Program-made: the position numbers and the translations under genes
In this document: piece by piece, positions 50,594-64,000 of the stretch
Position numbering within the stretch: position 1 is the stretch's first letter
Layout: each line of letters opens with the position of its first letter
Notes under the pieces: model-generated
Seen by the model: only the letters and a program-made list of their open reading frames with translations
Databases searched by the model: none
Told to the model about the DNA's origin: nothing
Source of the DNA: Nemertoderma westbladi
Taxonomy: Eukaryota; Animalia; Xenacoelomorpha
Length of the DNA: 64,000 bases
Assembly: GCA_032718475.1 (NCBI GenBank)
Contig: JAUCBJ010002303.1
Span: forward strand, 1 to 64,000
Direction: 5' to 3'

Positions 50594-52430
50594 ATCACCC
50601 AACATTACTATGTATAGATCAATGCAGCTCAATATATTAGTAAAGGTATCGTCTGATTAGCTTTCCTACACATGACCTCTTATCCTTGTAGCTTGTCCTT
50701 GCATTTATTTACACTATTTTTTGTTGAGTAAATCTTTCTGATAGGGGGGGGGGGGGGGGGGGGGGACTTACTCTGGACGAGCGCAACGATTGAACGACGC
50801 TTATAATAATTAAGACGAGTACGGCGTTGATTATATTCATATACACCACCTGGCTTTGCATATTTAACGTGCGATTGGAAATAAGTTCGTTCTACCCTTC
50901 CGTGGGTGGTAGATGTCACGGTTATGTATTGGTGGTTGAGAAGGGTGGGGGGGGGGGGGATTAAAAGGGGTGAACACGTACTGTCCCCCTTTCTTTGATT
51001 GATTGGTGGTGTGGGTAAATTTCTCAAAACCTGATTTTGTGATACAGTCGCTTAATTTTAATTTGTATCTCATAACTGGACCTCGTGCTGCGCGAAGGCC
51101 CCACGAACGTGTATTTTCAAAATTAGACCTTCAATCGGCATAAACACAAATTCCTATTGCTAAGGAGGATCAGCAAAAAGCAGCAGTAACCACTCCATTT
51201 GGGTTGTTCATCTTTCGCCGAATGCCATATGGATTACGAAATGCAGCCCAAACATTTCAACGTTTAATGGACTGTGTTCTCCAAGATATTCCACATGCAT
51301 GGGTATATCTGGATGATATACTTTATAGCAAGCAAAACTGCAGAGGAACACCTCATACATCTAGATACAATTATCAACGTTTAACAGTTAATGGCCTACG
51401 ATTAAGGGAAGATAAATGTCGTTTCTTCTGTGATAGTATAAGCTTTGTAGGGGCAAATATCTCAGCAGATGGAGTCAAACCCTTACAAGAAAAGGTAGAA
51501 GCCATTACTAGTTTTCCTAGGCCCACAACAATCAAAGCTCTCAAACGATTTCTTGGAATGGCCGGTTTCTATCACCGTTTTATACCAAACTTTTCAGGAA
51601 CAGCCACGCCTCTTACAGATCTAACTCGAAACAAACAAGAAAACGAATTCCATATTAAATTGGACTGACGAAGGTATACTGGCATTTGACAAATTGAAAA
51701 TCGCTCTTAAAGATAGTGTATCTCTAGCTTTTCCAAATACTGATGCTAAATTTGAAATAACTACAGACGCATCACAATCAGCAGCCGGTTCAGTACTTCA
51801 TCAGGTAGTATAAGGTGAAAAGCAACCATTAGCTTTTTTCTCAACCAAATTTAATTTAAATGAAGTACGAAAATCCGCCTTTGATCGTGAGTTGTTAGCA
51901 ATTTACCTGTCCCTAAAACACTTCTCTTGGTTACTGGGCTCGGAATTCACCATTAAGACAGACCACAAACCAGTACTTAGGATATTAGCAATGAAAAACC
52001 CTACACCACAACAAATTCGATGGATCTCATACATTTCTGAATTCAATTGCTCCATTGAACATATTTCAGGTTCATCTAATATAGTAGCAGACACTTTGTC
52101 GAGAACAACAGCAACTATCACAGCGGAATTCGATGATTCACTAGCAGAAGCTCAGAATGCCGATCCTTCACTAATATCCTTTTTCAGTAAAACTACATTA
52201 CCATTGAAGAAATTTCCAATATGCGATAATTTTCTATGGTGTGACATTTCAACGGATCGTATTCGACCATACATTCCAACAAATAGTCGTTTCCAATTAT
52301 TTACACAACTCCACAATTTGTCACATTTGGGAAATCGTGCTACATACAAACTTATTTCTGAGAAACATATATGGCCCTGAATGCGTAAAGACGTAAGTAA
52401 ATGGTGCTGAGAATGTCAAAGATGTCAAAA
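46830..52430 (+). mobile_element. Degenerate Gypsy element, interrupted in RT and truncated at the start of integrase
   Basis: Gag IKLPNFY..LGDRKPS, protease FLADSGSEVS, RT PDRYPMP / FSKLDL / MPYGLRNAAQTFQR / YLDD, RNase H TTDAS, integrase zinc finger HNLSH. Confidence 0.85.
48642..51110 (+). mobile_element. Helentron/DINE-1-like non-autonomous element inserted in the Gypsy RT
   Basis: Splits the RT reading LNGCT|VFSKLDL. It has short subterminal inverted repeats GTGGGGC/GCCCCAC, a (CTGTCGTT)n tract near the left end, and a right end CGTGCTGCGCGAAGGCCCCACGAAC shared with other copies. Confidence 0.6.
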
Positions 52431-52719
52431 AATTTTGCTTTGTGTAATGTTCTTTTACATTAGTTATAGTTAGTCGCCCTAGCTTTCCAAGCCATTAATT
52501 AGACTGGACATTTGTACATTTCGAATTCTTTTCATAGTTATATGCAAAATAATTGCATTAGCACCCTCTAAAACTGCATGGAGTCATCGTTGTTTTATTT
52601 TTCTTATATGCCAGTACCATATACTTACTGTTTGCATTATGCAGTGTTTGAAACTGAAAGTTTTTCATACCAGTTTCGAAACACTCTCACCTGAGGAGGT
52701 CATGAAAGAGAATGAAAGA

Positions 52720-52988
52720 TGTTGCACCAGACCTTAGGTCTAGCGTATACGCCAGACGTTATGTCTAGCATAGCATATATATATATTATGGTGGATATAG
52801 ACCTAAGGGCCCACAGGTACCGTATTGCCGGAGGGGCCTCAATCTGGCTGTGTTACATTGCATGTCACCTACCTTTCTTACCTCAATGTACCAGTAGCCT
52901 GGTATCAGACTAGTTGTGATAATATATACTAACCTGATATATTATATACTTTATTGTGTTGATATCCATCGGGATCCAACCCTTACCA
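52720..52988 (+). repeat. Probable LTR (solo or relic) related to the element at 42195
   Basis: TG...CA ends, a purine tract upstream and TTTGGCG downstream. The last ~90 bp match 42195-42288. Confidence 0.4.
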
Positions 52989-53735
52989 ATTTGGCGCTGC
53001 TTATATTTTGCTTAAAACTCTTTTAGTAGTGACTCAACTGTTAACATAAGTTTATGTCACGTGCTGCGCGAATATCATGTACAGTATATATGTTTGTATA
53101 ACCTTTGAACTTCATAGTTATATAATTTAACTGGAAACTTTATACAAACAAGTGCTCAGATTCCAGGCTATTCCAGGTATTACACTTGATGTTTGCAGAG
53201 TATTTAATTGATAAAATTTCAAATGTAGATTTTGTGATTACCATACTTAAAACGGTTATTCAGACATTACTTACTAAACCACCATAATAAAACCTGATCA
53301 AATTATCTGTAGTAGTATTAAAACAAAGTTTTAATTTCCTATATATTTTATTCAACAATAAATAAATATTGTATTTAACTGCAAATTTCTTATCAAGTTT
53401 AAACAAATTGAAATATACAATTTGGAAGTCGTGAATGTTGACACATCGAGTACATGATTTTTCCAGATATTTCATATTTCAGTCTAACATGCACATTTTT
53501 TTTACTTTTTGTATATTGTTTTGGTTAAATTAACGTGTAACTGGCACCCCTCCTCCCCCTATGTATGACATTTAGTTGTTCTACAAACGTCCCTACCCAC
53601 CTACTTTACTGTTACAGTATATTAAGGTATGATACAGTACACTATGTATTATCAATTATAGTAAAGTCGTCATTATTTAAAATGTACCTGAGCACGTTAT
53701 AGAACCTGCTCAATGTACCTGTACACCGTAGAACA

Positions 53736-55395
53736 CGTTCGTGGGGCCTTCACATGGCACGAGACTCGATAACCCGAGAACAATTAACTTGAAAAAGCTA
53801 TGTTCCCAAGTACTTATTTCGATTTGATCTCCAACTTCGTTAGCTTGCCGACTTGTTCTATTTAAGCAATGCTCATAGAGGCCACTCTTGCCAAATTTCA
53901 GATGAATCTGATGGTTGGTTCTATAATTACAGCTAGTTCTACATTCTGTCAATTCGCTCTCTAGCAGCAGCCAAAAGAACTATAAAAGTCTATCTGTGTG
54001 TAAAATTTATAATTAAGCAATGCTCATAGGACACTCCTCTCCTACCAAATTACAGATGAATCACCAATCCAGTTGCGCATGAAGGTTTTCCAAGTGTTGG
54101 CAGGCTTATTCAGCCATTGAGGGCAATGGTAGAGTCTGAATAGAAGCGAACATTGACCCCAGGTCAGTCTTCGTGAACCTTGAGGGATGGAGACGTAGAG
54201 ACGAGTTCCCAACAGTGCCAACAAGTATCAGCTCCAAATAAGGTATAGAAAGTTTAGGTCGCCGTGGTGCAGTCCATGCCTTGATGGAGAGCAGAGTCCA
54301 CATACCACCCATTGTGTGTAGAGACAGGCTCCATAGGCCTTTGGCGATGTGTTGGCATAGACTTCAATGTACCCCTAATCCAGATACAAGCAGTCAAGGT
54401 GGGTACGTAGTATATGAGAGAGGGGTTTCAAGCAGACATTCGCGGCAGTTGGTCCAGTTGATTGGCACAGGCTTCGTGCAGTTGCATTCGCAGAGAAAGA
54501 GTCCAGGGGGATCAAAGATGGAAGTGGTGCAAGCCAACAGCGTCTGTTTAGTGAATACCTTGGGCAGGTCGATGTTGACTAAGACTTCTTAGGCGACAGG
54601 GTCCCATACAATTCCCAGTATGCATGTCAGAAGGCTCTCCCCTTCGCAGGTATGATTCAATTACCTCCTCTTATGGAGGTCCATTGGAGCATGAAGCAAG
54701 AGGTTAGTTAAGGTCACACTGAGATTGTTCACTTCAGCTGCAGTGTTTCCCCTTAGTACCACCTTCACCTTGTCAACATAGACACTCTATAAGCTTATAA
54801 AAGGTCCATGATTCTATGGCCAAGGGGGTCACTGGCTCAGTGATCAATCACAGGAGGTCAATGACTGGTGGTGACGATTGCAGACCTGGTTGATTGGATG
54901 GGAAATGGGTCAGTTCAGCATTACCGAACAGAACCTGCAGAGTTGACTGGAGGGCGTTCAGGGTGCAGTTGAGTTGGGAAGGAAGAAGCACGAAGAAGCT
55001 CTCAACTTCCCCCTTTGTCTCGCCACATGCAGAGGTAAACATAGTCATGGTTGGTGATCGAAATCTGGTGGAATACCTTAACAATATTACTGATAGCCTC
55101 GAAGGGGTGAATAAACACAGAAGCGCAGTGCGACGTTGATGGTATAGGAGGACGGAAAACACAAATTCACTGTCAATGCCTACCTGCCACCAATCTCACG
55201 TACTAGTGCCATCTGTGGCTTTGGGTTGGGGTGCAAATTAAGGGGGGGGGGGGGGGACACACTATCCCCCTTTCTTTGATTGATTGGCGGTTTGGATAAA
55301 TTTCTCAAATACCTTGCAGTTTTTGTGATAGAATCGCTCAATTTTAATTTATGTCTCATAACTGAGCCTCATGCTGCGCGGAGGCCCCACGAACG
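53736..55395 (+). mobile_element. Second Helentron-like element carrying a degenerate BEL/Pao pol fragment (minus strand, ~54040-55160)
   Basis: 14-bp inverted repeat CGTTCGTGGGGCCT / AGGCCCCACGAACG; the right end is homologous to 50960-51110. Internal Pao-like peptides: VYVDK, ILGIVWDP, TKQTLLACTTSIFDP, SIPYLEL. Confidence 0.55.
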
Positions 55396-55495
55396 CATTC
55401 GTACCGACTTAGTGATATTTCTAAACATTTCTTACCTCTCAGCATTGGTCTACAACTACTCCTGTAACATTTAAATCTATTAACTGACAATATAA

Positions 55496-56518
55496 ATGGC
55501 TCTTCTCAGATGGGGTATTTGTGGGAGTGGCAGGATTTGTCATGATTTCAGCCTAGCCCTGCAAGCCGGAAAAGACAGACACTGCCTGCAAGCTGTCGCT
55601 GCGAGAAACCTTGAACGCGCTCGAGAATTCGCAAAAATGCACAACATCAGCACGGCGTACGGGGATTACAAGCAGCTAGCTGAGGATATCGCTGTAGACA
55701 TCGTCTACATCGGAGTCATACATCCGCACCATTTCGAAACCACTAAACTCTTCCTAAACGCAGGTAAACACGTATTGTGCGAGAAACCCTTAACCTTGTC
55801 ATCCAAAGAAACAACCACTCTATGCGAGTTGGCAAAGAAGAACAACGTATTCCTTGCGGAGGGATTGTGGTCCCGATATTTTCCCATCTATAAACGGATA
55901 CGCCAGATAATTGATGATAACCAAATAGGTGATGTTCAAACCGTTGCTGCCAATTTTTGTTCCAATGTAACTGAGGTCGAATGGATCCGTGATCCATCTC
56001 TTGGGGGTGGCGCTTTATATGCTTTGGGTGTATACACGATTCAGTTTGCCTTGTGGATATACCACAACTTTGGCTACAAACTTGATGATATATCTTCTGT
56101 AGCAGCTTTAAACTCGGGTGAAGTAGATGAAACCACTATCATTACAATGAAGTTTGCCAATTCCAAATTAGCGGTTCTTACCTCTTCCGCCTCTTCTATA
56201 CAGCCGAACACTGCAGTTGTGTCCGGCACATTGGGGTGTTTAACGGTTGAGAAGTTTTGGTGTCCCACCAAATTGGTCGTCAATGGGAAAGAAGAAATTT
56301 ACAACCTACCGGATATTAAGGATATTAACTTGACAGGCAAAGGAGGATTTAATTGCACCAATTCAGCGGGTTTCATTTACGAGGCGGATGCAGTTCGCAC
56401 CGCCATTAACGCCGGTCTCAAAGAAACTGCTGAAGTTCCTTGGTCTCAGACAATAGCGATAAGTGAGATAGTAGATACTGTACTAAAACAGGTTGGTTAT
56501 AGAGGTGGAACTTTGTAA
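55496..56518 (+). CDS. DHDH: Dihydrodiol dehydrogenase-like, copy 2 (active-site Asp replaced by Ala)
   Basis: 340-aa paralog of 40484-41515; GGGALYALGVY replaces GGGALYDLGLY. Confidence 0.88.
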   Translation: MALLRWGICGSGRICHDFSLALQAGKDRHCLQAVAARNLERAREFAKMHNISTAYGDYKQLAEDIAVDIVYIGVIHPHHFETTKLFLNAGKHVLCEKPLTLSSKETTTLCELAKKNNVFLAEGLWSRYFPIYKRIRQIIDDNQIGDVQTVAANFCSNVTEVEWIRDPSLGGGALYALGVYTIQFALWIYHNFGYKLDDISSVAALNSGEVDETTIITMKFANSKLAVLTSSASSIQPNTAVVSGTLGCLTVEKFWCPTKLVVNGKEEIYNLPDIKDINLTGKGGFNCTNSAGFIYEADAVRTAINAGLKETAEVPWSQTIAISEIVDTVLKQVGYRGGTL

Positions 56519-59500
56519 TTTGTTATCATCAGGAAATTCAGAACCAGTATACTGTGTAAGGGTCAAGAGTGACTAAGTGTGCTGTAAGTAAGACTATTAT
56601 ACCATAAATTAATAATTATTTCATGGAGTGACTGAGGAGGTAATACAGTATTATTGATTTTTAAGTGTTGAGGTGATGGTACATAAACAAAACAAATGAC
56701 AATTAGGTATTAATTATTGTTTTATATACTTACAGTGTTGCATTTTTAATTATAACATTATATTCATTCATGCAGTAATTAATTAAGCTGTTAAAGAATC
56801 AATTATATAATTCCCTCGGCTTTTACATTATGACCGGTAATATTTTATCAATTCTTTTATGTAATGTGTATATGTTTTCTACAAATCTTTTTTATCGTAT
56901 TTTGTATTGCTTGAAGTTGAAAACACATATACGCCATGTCCTGAAGGAGAAACCGGTGTCTTCTCTTTGTCAGTTAACTGAACCATATGGATTATAAAAT
57001 GGATTGTTGCGCTTGCCTCATTAAGATTGGTAAAACTTACCGGGGTCCGGATAATTAAGTTTTTTAAACTTAAACTGAAAGCCAGCAACCTGGCTTTAAA
57101 CGAACCTGCCCCTCACACCTGTACCCTGAGTGAGCGAAAATGAAAACACGAAAATTCCCATCAACTCAACGTTAGAAACACCAGCTGCTGGTACTCATGA
57201 GGGTCTAGTAAGCTACTACTATTTATTGAATGGATAGCCCAAACTGCAGAGAAGTATATTACTTGCCAAATTTATTACTATCTCACTCTACCCCAGACAG
57301 TAATCAAACATCAACTGTTAGTTTGTATAATACTGTATATTACCCAGACAGCTGAACAGCTCTTCAAAGTGAATCCTATTTGAATATCTATAAGGTTACT
57401 TACTACTCAGTGCTATGTTAGGTGGGAGGCCAACTGATTGAATTGTAAGCACTGGGCCGTTCAAATGTTTTATGGGTTGATGATAATGAATGAGGAGGGA
57501 CCCAACTAACACTACGTTTGTCTATATGGACGGTCTCCTTATAGCCATCTTGATGGCTTTTCTACAGTCCCGCTCTCAAAAAGCATTCCTTTGATCAAAC
57601 ATTGATCAAACTTTGATCAAACATTGATCAAAGTTTGATCAAAATGTGTCCATAGAATATCATTGAAAGTAGCATTGACATTGAAATGACATTGATGGCA
57701 TATTGAAATGACCTTGAAATCGATGGACCGAAATTCCAGACTTTCTGTCTCATATTGAAATGACATTGAAATGATTTCAAGGTAACAGTTTACATCGCTC
57801 TTCTGCGGCATGCCTTTGAACTCAGATTCCCGCCGAGGACTGGCTTTTGTTAATGGCCAAGCCGCGATGTGATTGACAGGGCGGTGGATGGAGCTTGCTT
57901 GACTTTGTGGATGGACAGCGATTGGATTTACAAGGCGGTGTTGTGGTAGTGTCCCAGACTGAGTTTTGTTCTTGTAGGGCAGGGCCTATTATTACACCAA
58001 CAACTAGTTCAGAAAAACAGCCTTTGGAATATTTTTAATTTATTGTTATATTAGAAATTGTTTCAATGTTCCTTAAATCAGAATCAAGGCCAAAGACCTC
58101 CATTGACGTAGCAGCGCGATGGCTGCCGTTGCATTGCATTTGCTTATACAGTAATTGTGTAAATTCGACAAGCTTCCTTCCTGCCCCTGTCTCTAATTAT
58201 ACTAATAAATGTAAATAAAGAAATAAATAAATCCAAGCCCTAGCGCCAGCGCACCCCCTAAAATACCTTCTAAAAATTTACGTAATTTAATTTTAATACT
58301 CTGATAAGGAAATTTTATTGAAAACCTAATTTGTTTTAAAGTAAACTACAGTCGGGGTCTCAAAGTGCATCTGTTCTTTGAGATTTTCTCAAAGTTTTTC
58401 TAAAAGTGTCTAAAAGTCATTACATTACTCCCAATGGCCGCTTTGAATTCTTGTAGACACTTTTAGTTGGGAATCTCAAAGTGATTTCCTACTTTTAGGC
58501 ACTTTGAATTCTTTGAGAAATGTCACTTTGAGGTAGTTTGCGGCACTTTTAATTCTTTGAGAAAATAAACTCCGAGGTATTCCTGATTGACAGCTCGTGG
58601 TAAGTTAACTGAGAGGCAGAGGCATTTTCGGGGAACAATATTATGCGGGCAACAAAGTGATACTTGTGTGCTGGCCAGTTGTTGCCTAGAAGCTATATTC
58701 CCATTAATTTATCAAATTGAGGTTCCTGAGGTCATTACGGATGGGTTTTCGGTCGCAAGTATAAATTGAATTTACGGCACCCTAAAGTCTTTCTAAAAAA
58801 CATTCATTCAAATAATACATGAAACAGGAAAAACAAGATTGATTATTTTAATAACATAATACAATATCAGATTAACAATTAATATAAGAGAAACTGCACT
58901 GTAGTATCTCTGTGTATACGCAGTTTCATTATAATGACCTAAAGAAGCCCTGTTGGGAGAAAGCTTGTAATAACATTTGTTATTCATTTCATTAGTCACC
59001 TCAGGTCAAACCGTACTACCTTTAACTGTTTAATTAATATGATAACTATGTTGACGAGAGCGCGAGAATTCCTTCTTAAAAACTAAGAAAGGCTTTCGAC
59101 TTTCAAGTACAATAGAACGGCTACAATCTTGTGTTGTTTTAGCCTAATAGAGATATTAAAATACCCCCTGCTGCTGGCGTTTGTATTTGAGCATATTTTA
59201 AATGTTTGCCTCATATTCAATTGATGTGTACCGCCTTCTGGCAAAGCGGCACCCAGTTTAAGCTATCAATCACAGCTAGCGAGTAGCGACCTACGGACGG
59301 TGACCTTCAAACAAACAGTGCAGAGCCAGCCGGAAAGAACTGTCACATGCTCTGCTTGGCTTGTGGTACCATTTGATTACATAATAGATTTTGGCAGACT
59401 GGGCGGTCGCTCTGACCATATGCATTGCGCACCAACAATGCCTAAAACATCTATGGGGACAGCCAATTAGTGCGCTTGAATCATTTATCTTTATTCCTGC

Positions 59501-59869
59501 CTCTATCGTTATTCTTTACTTTGTATAACACAATTTACAGTGCGGCAAAGTATGGCTGGTTGACAATTGAAATGCATTGGTGGTAAAGGTTTTCAACGTT
59601 CACGTGGGCTAAACAAATTTAAACAATACAGTTTTAGCACTATACATTAATATAGATAGGGCAACAGACAAACTGTCTCTGACACAAATACCAACACATT
59701 CCGATATCCCGCAATTATGGCGTCTGTAAAGAGCCCAAATATAAATTAATAAAATCCTCTATGAAACAATAAAAATACCTACAAAAATACTGCTGTATTA
59801 ACTATTAGTTACTGCAGTAACATATAACAATTACTGCAGTAACAAATATTTATTACTGCAGTAATAATT

Positions 59870-60196
59870 ACTAGTCCATTTACTAGTTTAGATTTACTAG
59901 CCCATATACTAGTTTAGATTTACTAGCCCATTTACTAGTTTAGATTTACTAGTTTAGATTTACTAGCCCATTTACTAGTTTAGATTTACTAGCCCATTTA
60001 CTAGTTTAGATTTACTAGCCCATTTACTAGTTTAGATTTACTAGCCCATTTACTAGTTTAGATTTACTAGTCCATTTACTAGTTTAGATTTACTAGCCCA
60101 TATACTAGTTTAGATTTTCTAGCCCATTTACTAGTTTAGATTTACTAGTCCATTTACTAGTTTAGATTTACTAGCCCATTTACTAGTTTAGATTTA
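59870..60196. repeat. 26-bp minisatellite TTTACTAGTTTAGATTTACTAGCCCA
   Basis: About 12 tandem units. Confidence 0.9.
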
Positions 60197-60602
60197 TCAT
60201 ATTTAGCTTGTAAACACGGCAGCTATCTTCGCTTATATTTACTGACCTGATTTTTTGGAATTTTACTTACATATAAAGATTTGAATTGACATAATTTGTA
60301 TTGCATTCTATCTATTTACATACAAACATCAATATGTTAATGGTAACACGTGGATTTTATATCGTGTTCGGCTTAAATATAAAAGGGGGCCTTTATTCAA
60401 ATGTGGTTCAATGAACCTCCCCACATAAGGTGTACAATGCAACGACAGTATATCACAGAGATAATAATGACTCATAATGAGTCATAATATCTCGACATAC
60501 TGTACACAACACAAACTGTAAATGGTTCCTTTAGAAGATTACCTCACCTCGCTACCTACGTACTACCTAGGCCTATTTAAGCTAATACCGGAAACTCACT
60601 CA

Positions 60603-60815
<213 letters not shown>

Positions 60816-61129
60816 TTATTATCAACTATTATTGTTATTTATTTTATTATTACTATTATAATTACTATTACAGGCACCACACGTCTAATAAATAATACCC
60901 ACTGCTTTGGCTCGCCCCAAAATAAGGAACGACAGTTGACTGGTGGGGACACGGATCACGCTTAAACAAATGAAAATAATGGTGATTCGAGCAAGCTGGA
61001 AATCACACATTGTAGTGTAGTTTAGTCTCATAATCTAGCAATTTATAAGATTACAATTATTAATTTAATCTCATAAAGTGTTAGATTAACTGTAATTTTT
61101 GTAATTTTTCAATGGAAGTGTTTACTTAC

Positions 61130-61297
61130 TTGGAAGTATGTAAACTGGGTATGGTAAAATAGTCTGATAATATGGAAACTGTTTCCCACCGCGAGAACCA
61201 ACTCGAACTTGTGGAGGTTCCGTTTGATATAGCCGTTGAATCCGAGGCAGAGAATCTTGAACAAAGCCTCGATGTCAAATATTATAGTGAACACAAC
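61130..61297 (-). CDS. NALCN: NALCN exon (domain II S2-S3)
   Basis: TAG|VVFTIIFDIEALFKILCLGFNGYIKRNLHKFELVL...YHTQFTYFQ|GTAAG. Confidence 0.92.
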
Positions 61298-61585
61298 CTA
61301 AAAGGAGTGTGTTGGTTAAAAAATATCTAATGTGCCGCCGACACGCCGTCGTTAGGGAGTTGTTCATCATAAATTCACTAATGTTGGAAGCTAATGTTTA
61401 GGTTTCGGCCTACCGGTACAGTTTCTACTGCAGCCCTGTCATACAGTACCTATTTTATTATTTTATTATTATATTATTTTATTAACAACAAATATTTTCC
61501 TGAAGAAGGGCTTAGGGCAGAAATCGATAGAAACTCAAATTATTTTGTTAGTTTTCAGGGAAATAACGGATCAAAAGATGTCAAT

Positions 61586-62452
61586 AAGGGCACCACTATC
61601 TCAACCTGTGTCTGTCTGTCCGTTCGTCGGTCGGTCGGTCTTCCTGTCTGTGGTCTAATTTTTAATAGCTTATTTCTCAGGAACTTTCCACTTTCTTGTA
61701 CTAAAACAAGATTGATATATCGGATGGTCGGATTGATATATGAAAAATGATTCAAAAGTTGGCCGCTAGGGGACTACTTGTCTAAACAATACATCCCATT
61801 CATTACATTGCTTTTAATCCGTTCAAGTTGAGTCAGCTGTGTCTTTCAAAGGAGGCTAATCCGTCTGCAGTTCTCCAGTTTACCGCTAGGTGGCAAAATA
61901 TCTGAAGGTTTAATTACTCTAATACAGCCTGCGTCTTTATGTGGACGGTTATCGGTCTGCAGTGCTCCAGTCTCCCACATGAGGGCAAAATACCTGAAGG
62001 TTTTAATCTTATCCCATCTCCGTGATTTTAATCTGTTACGCTGAATCTTGCCATATATGTCTTAGTCACCATGCTTCGTCTTTGTGAGAAAGTTGATCAT
62101 TCGAAAGTTATCCAGTCTTCCGCTACGGTCCTAGATGACTGAAAGATGCTACCATCTTTCAGTCATCTTAATCCGTTTAGGCTGAAACTTGGCATATTTT
62201 TTATGTACTATAAAATTGGCAGCGTCTTTGAGCGATGCAGCTCCATCTACCCTAAGTTTGCCGCTATTGAGCGCACTTGGGAAATTAATGCGTGCAAGGA
62301 CAGAGATGGACTTCTGATTTATACAACCAGTTTAACGCAAACTGAACACAGCACTCATTGGTATTTTGGAAAGACGGTTTTCGTATATCTAATGGGGACT
62401 ACTACATTTACTTATATAGCATATCGTGCTGCGCGAAGGCCCCAGAACTTGT
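61586..62452 (+). mobile_element. Helentron-like non-autonomous element in a NALCN intron
   Basis: (CTGT)/(TCGG) microsatellite near the left end; right end CGTGCTGCGCGAAGGCCCCAGAAC as in the other copies. Confidence 0.5.
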
Positions 62453-62530
62453 ATTATGTTCATATTATATTATGGATTGGCAAGGCAAAAGTAGGTATGT
62501 GAGAAGATGAAATTATATAGGTAATAGTAC

Positions 62531-62758
62531 CTGGGCCGAATATAAGAAACCGTCGTATTCCTGCAATTCTTTAACTCTATTAATCCGGTAGGAAGTCGAG
62601 GCAGCCAATGCAGCATCAATGAATACCAGACACAACATCCCAATGTGGAAGACGTTGGATTGCAGGATACATTGGAATATGGTTGGAGCCACTCCAGCGG
62701 GTTTGTTCACATCCATCGTGACCAACTGCCAGTTGCGTCGGACAGACGGTACTAGTTT
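62531..62758 (-). CDS. NALCN: NALCN exon (I-II linker and domain II S1)
   Basis: TAG|KLVPSVRRNWQLVTMDVNKPAGVAP...QSNVFH...FLYSAQ|GT. Confidence 0.9.
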
Positions 62759-63019
62759 CTATAATATTTATTAAAAACAATTAATTGACGTACGAACTTT
62801 TTAGAAGAATTTGTACACTCACATAAACAGTTGCAAATTATAAATAGTACCTGACTTGACTTCTGAAGGCTTATGTAGAAAAATAGAACTCAATATATAA
62901 TACTTTTATAAAATTAGAATCTCCTTTTTTTGAGCTTTAAAGTAAAAAAAAACATTTAACATTTTATTAATAGGTTGCCTGTTGTAGTTTTGCTTTTTAT
63001 ACATAGTAGCTATTAATTA

Positions 63020-63280
<261 letters not shown>

Positions 63281-64000
63281 TTACCACGGGACCCTATATT
63301 GCCCCAGAGTCGGCCATTCAAAGTAATATATATCAATTAATTGAGTCCCTGATGCGCAGCTATGATATGAGAATACTACATTAAGCCAGTTCTCTCTCTA
63401 TATGCCACAAACCACACAGTACCAATCTTTATCCAACCAATATGATACCGACACAGCAAGAGTAGGAATGAGGCACCCCCGTTCCCAGCTGCTACAAGAG
63501 AAGCACTATCACCATATTAGGAGTGAGGCTGGGAGGGAAATGTCAGCAAGGGTTATCCAATAAGAGCACGCCACTCCCAAGTATAATCCAGCTCGCGTTT
63601 TTTTGACCATATATGGAGAGGTTTGCTACAGTGACTGGATGTGAGTGTTGGCTCTAACTCATATATAACTAGGCAATATTTCTACACAAGCTCATTGCAG
63701 CATTCAATAACTTTTAGTTTGGTTTATTCGTAACATTTTTTCTCACCACACATCCTCCAGTTTACATCAGAGGTGGAAATATCTGGTTACTTGTAATTTA
63801 ACTTTCGGAAATATTCAGGTGAGTGAATAACGTTTTGCGAATGTACATGAAGTTCTAAAGGCAGTTAGTACGAGTACCAACCAGTACGGGAATGGTGGGC
63901 GGGGGCCATCAACCTATTCTCTGCGCCATTTTTACATCCTGTACTTTTGCTTAATTTGCTTATAGATAGATAGATAGATTTATTTATACATTATGTAAAA

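Noticed and set aside
50560-50770. Long C and G homopolymers as a G-quadruplex or hairpin element
   Set aside because: Such runs recur throughout the window and nothing supports a specific function here.

Overview
AT-rich animal (invertebrate-like) genomic DNA dominated by transposons. Host genes: four spliced exons of the sodium leak channel NALCN (minus strand, right end), intronless Hikeshi, two intronless DHDH-like (Gfo/Idh/MocA) paralogs, and an intronless, GC-rich BAHD-family acyltransferase (HxxxD plus DFGxG motifs). BAHD enzymes are typical of plants and fungi, so this is a horizontal-transfer candidate. The centre (12.8-34.7 kb) holds two related BEL/Pao LTR retrotransposons with three LTRs. 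One copy carries an unusual accessory module between pol and the 3' LTR: a 45-bp palindrome-containing tandem array, a putative splice acceptor, an ORF resembling a DEDDy 3'-5' exonuclease with three CCHC zinc knuckles, and a 3' UTR/U3 region with hairpins that show compensatory changes between copies. The other copy keeps only the last ~35 codons of that ORF. Also present: RTE LINEs, three Gypsy relics, Mutator-like, Kolobok-like and Helentron-like non-autonomous elements, and several minisatellites. All family calls come from motif recognition by eye; no database search was run.
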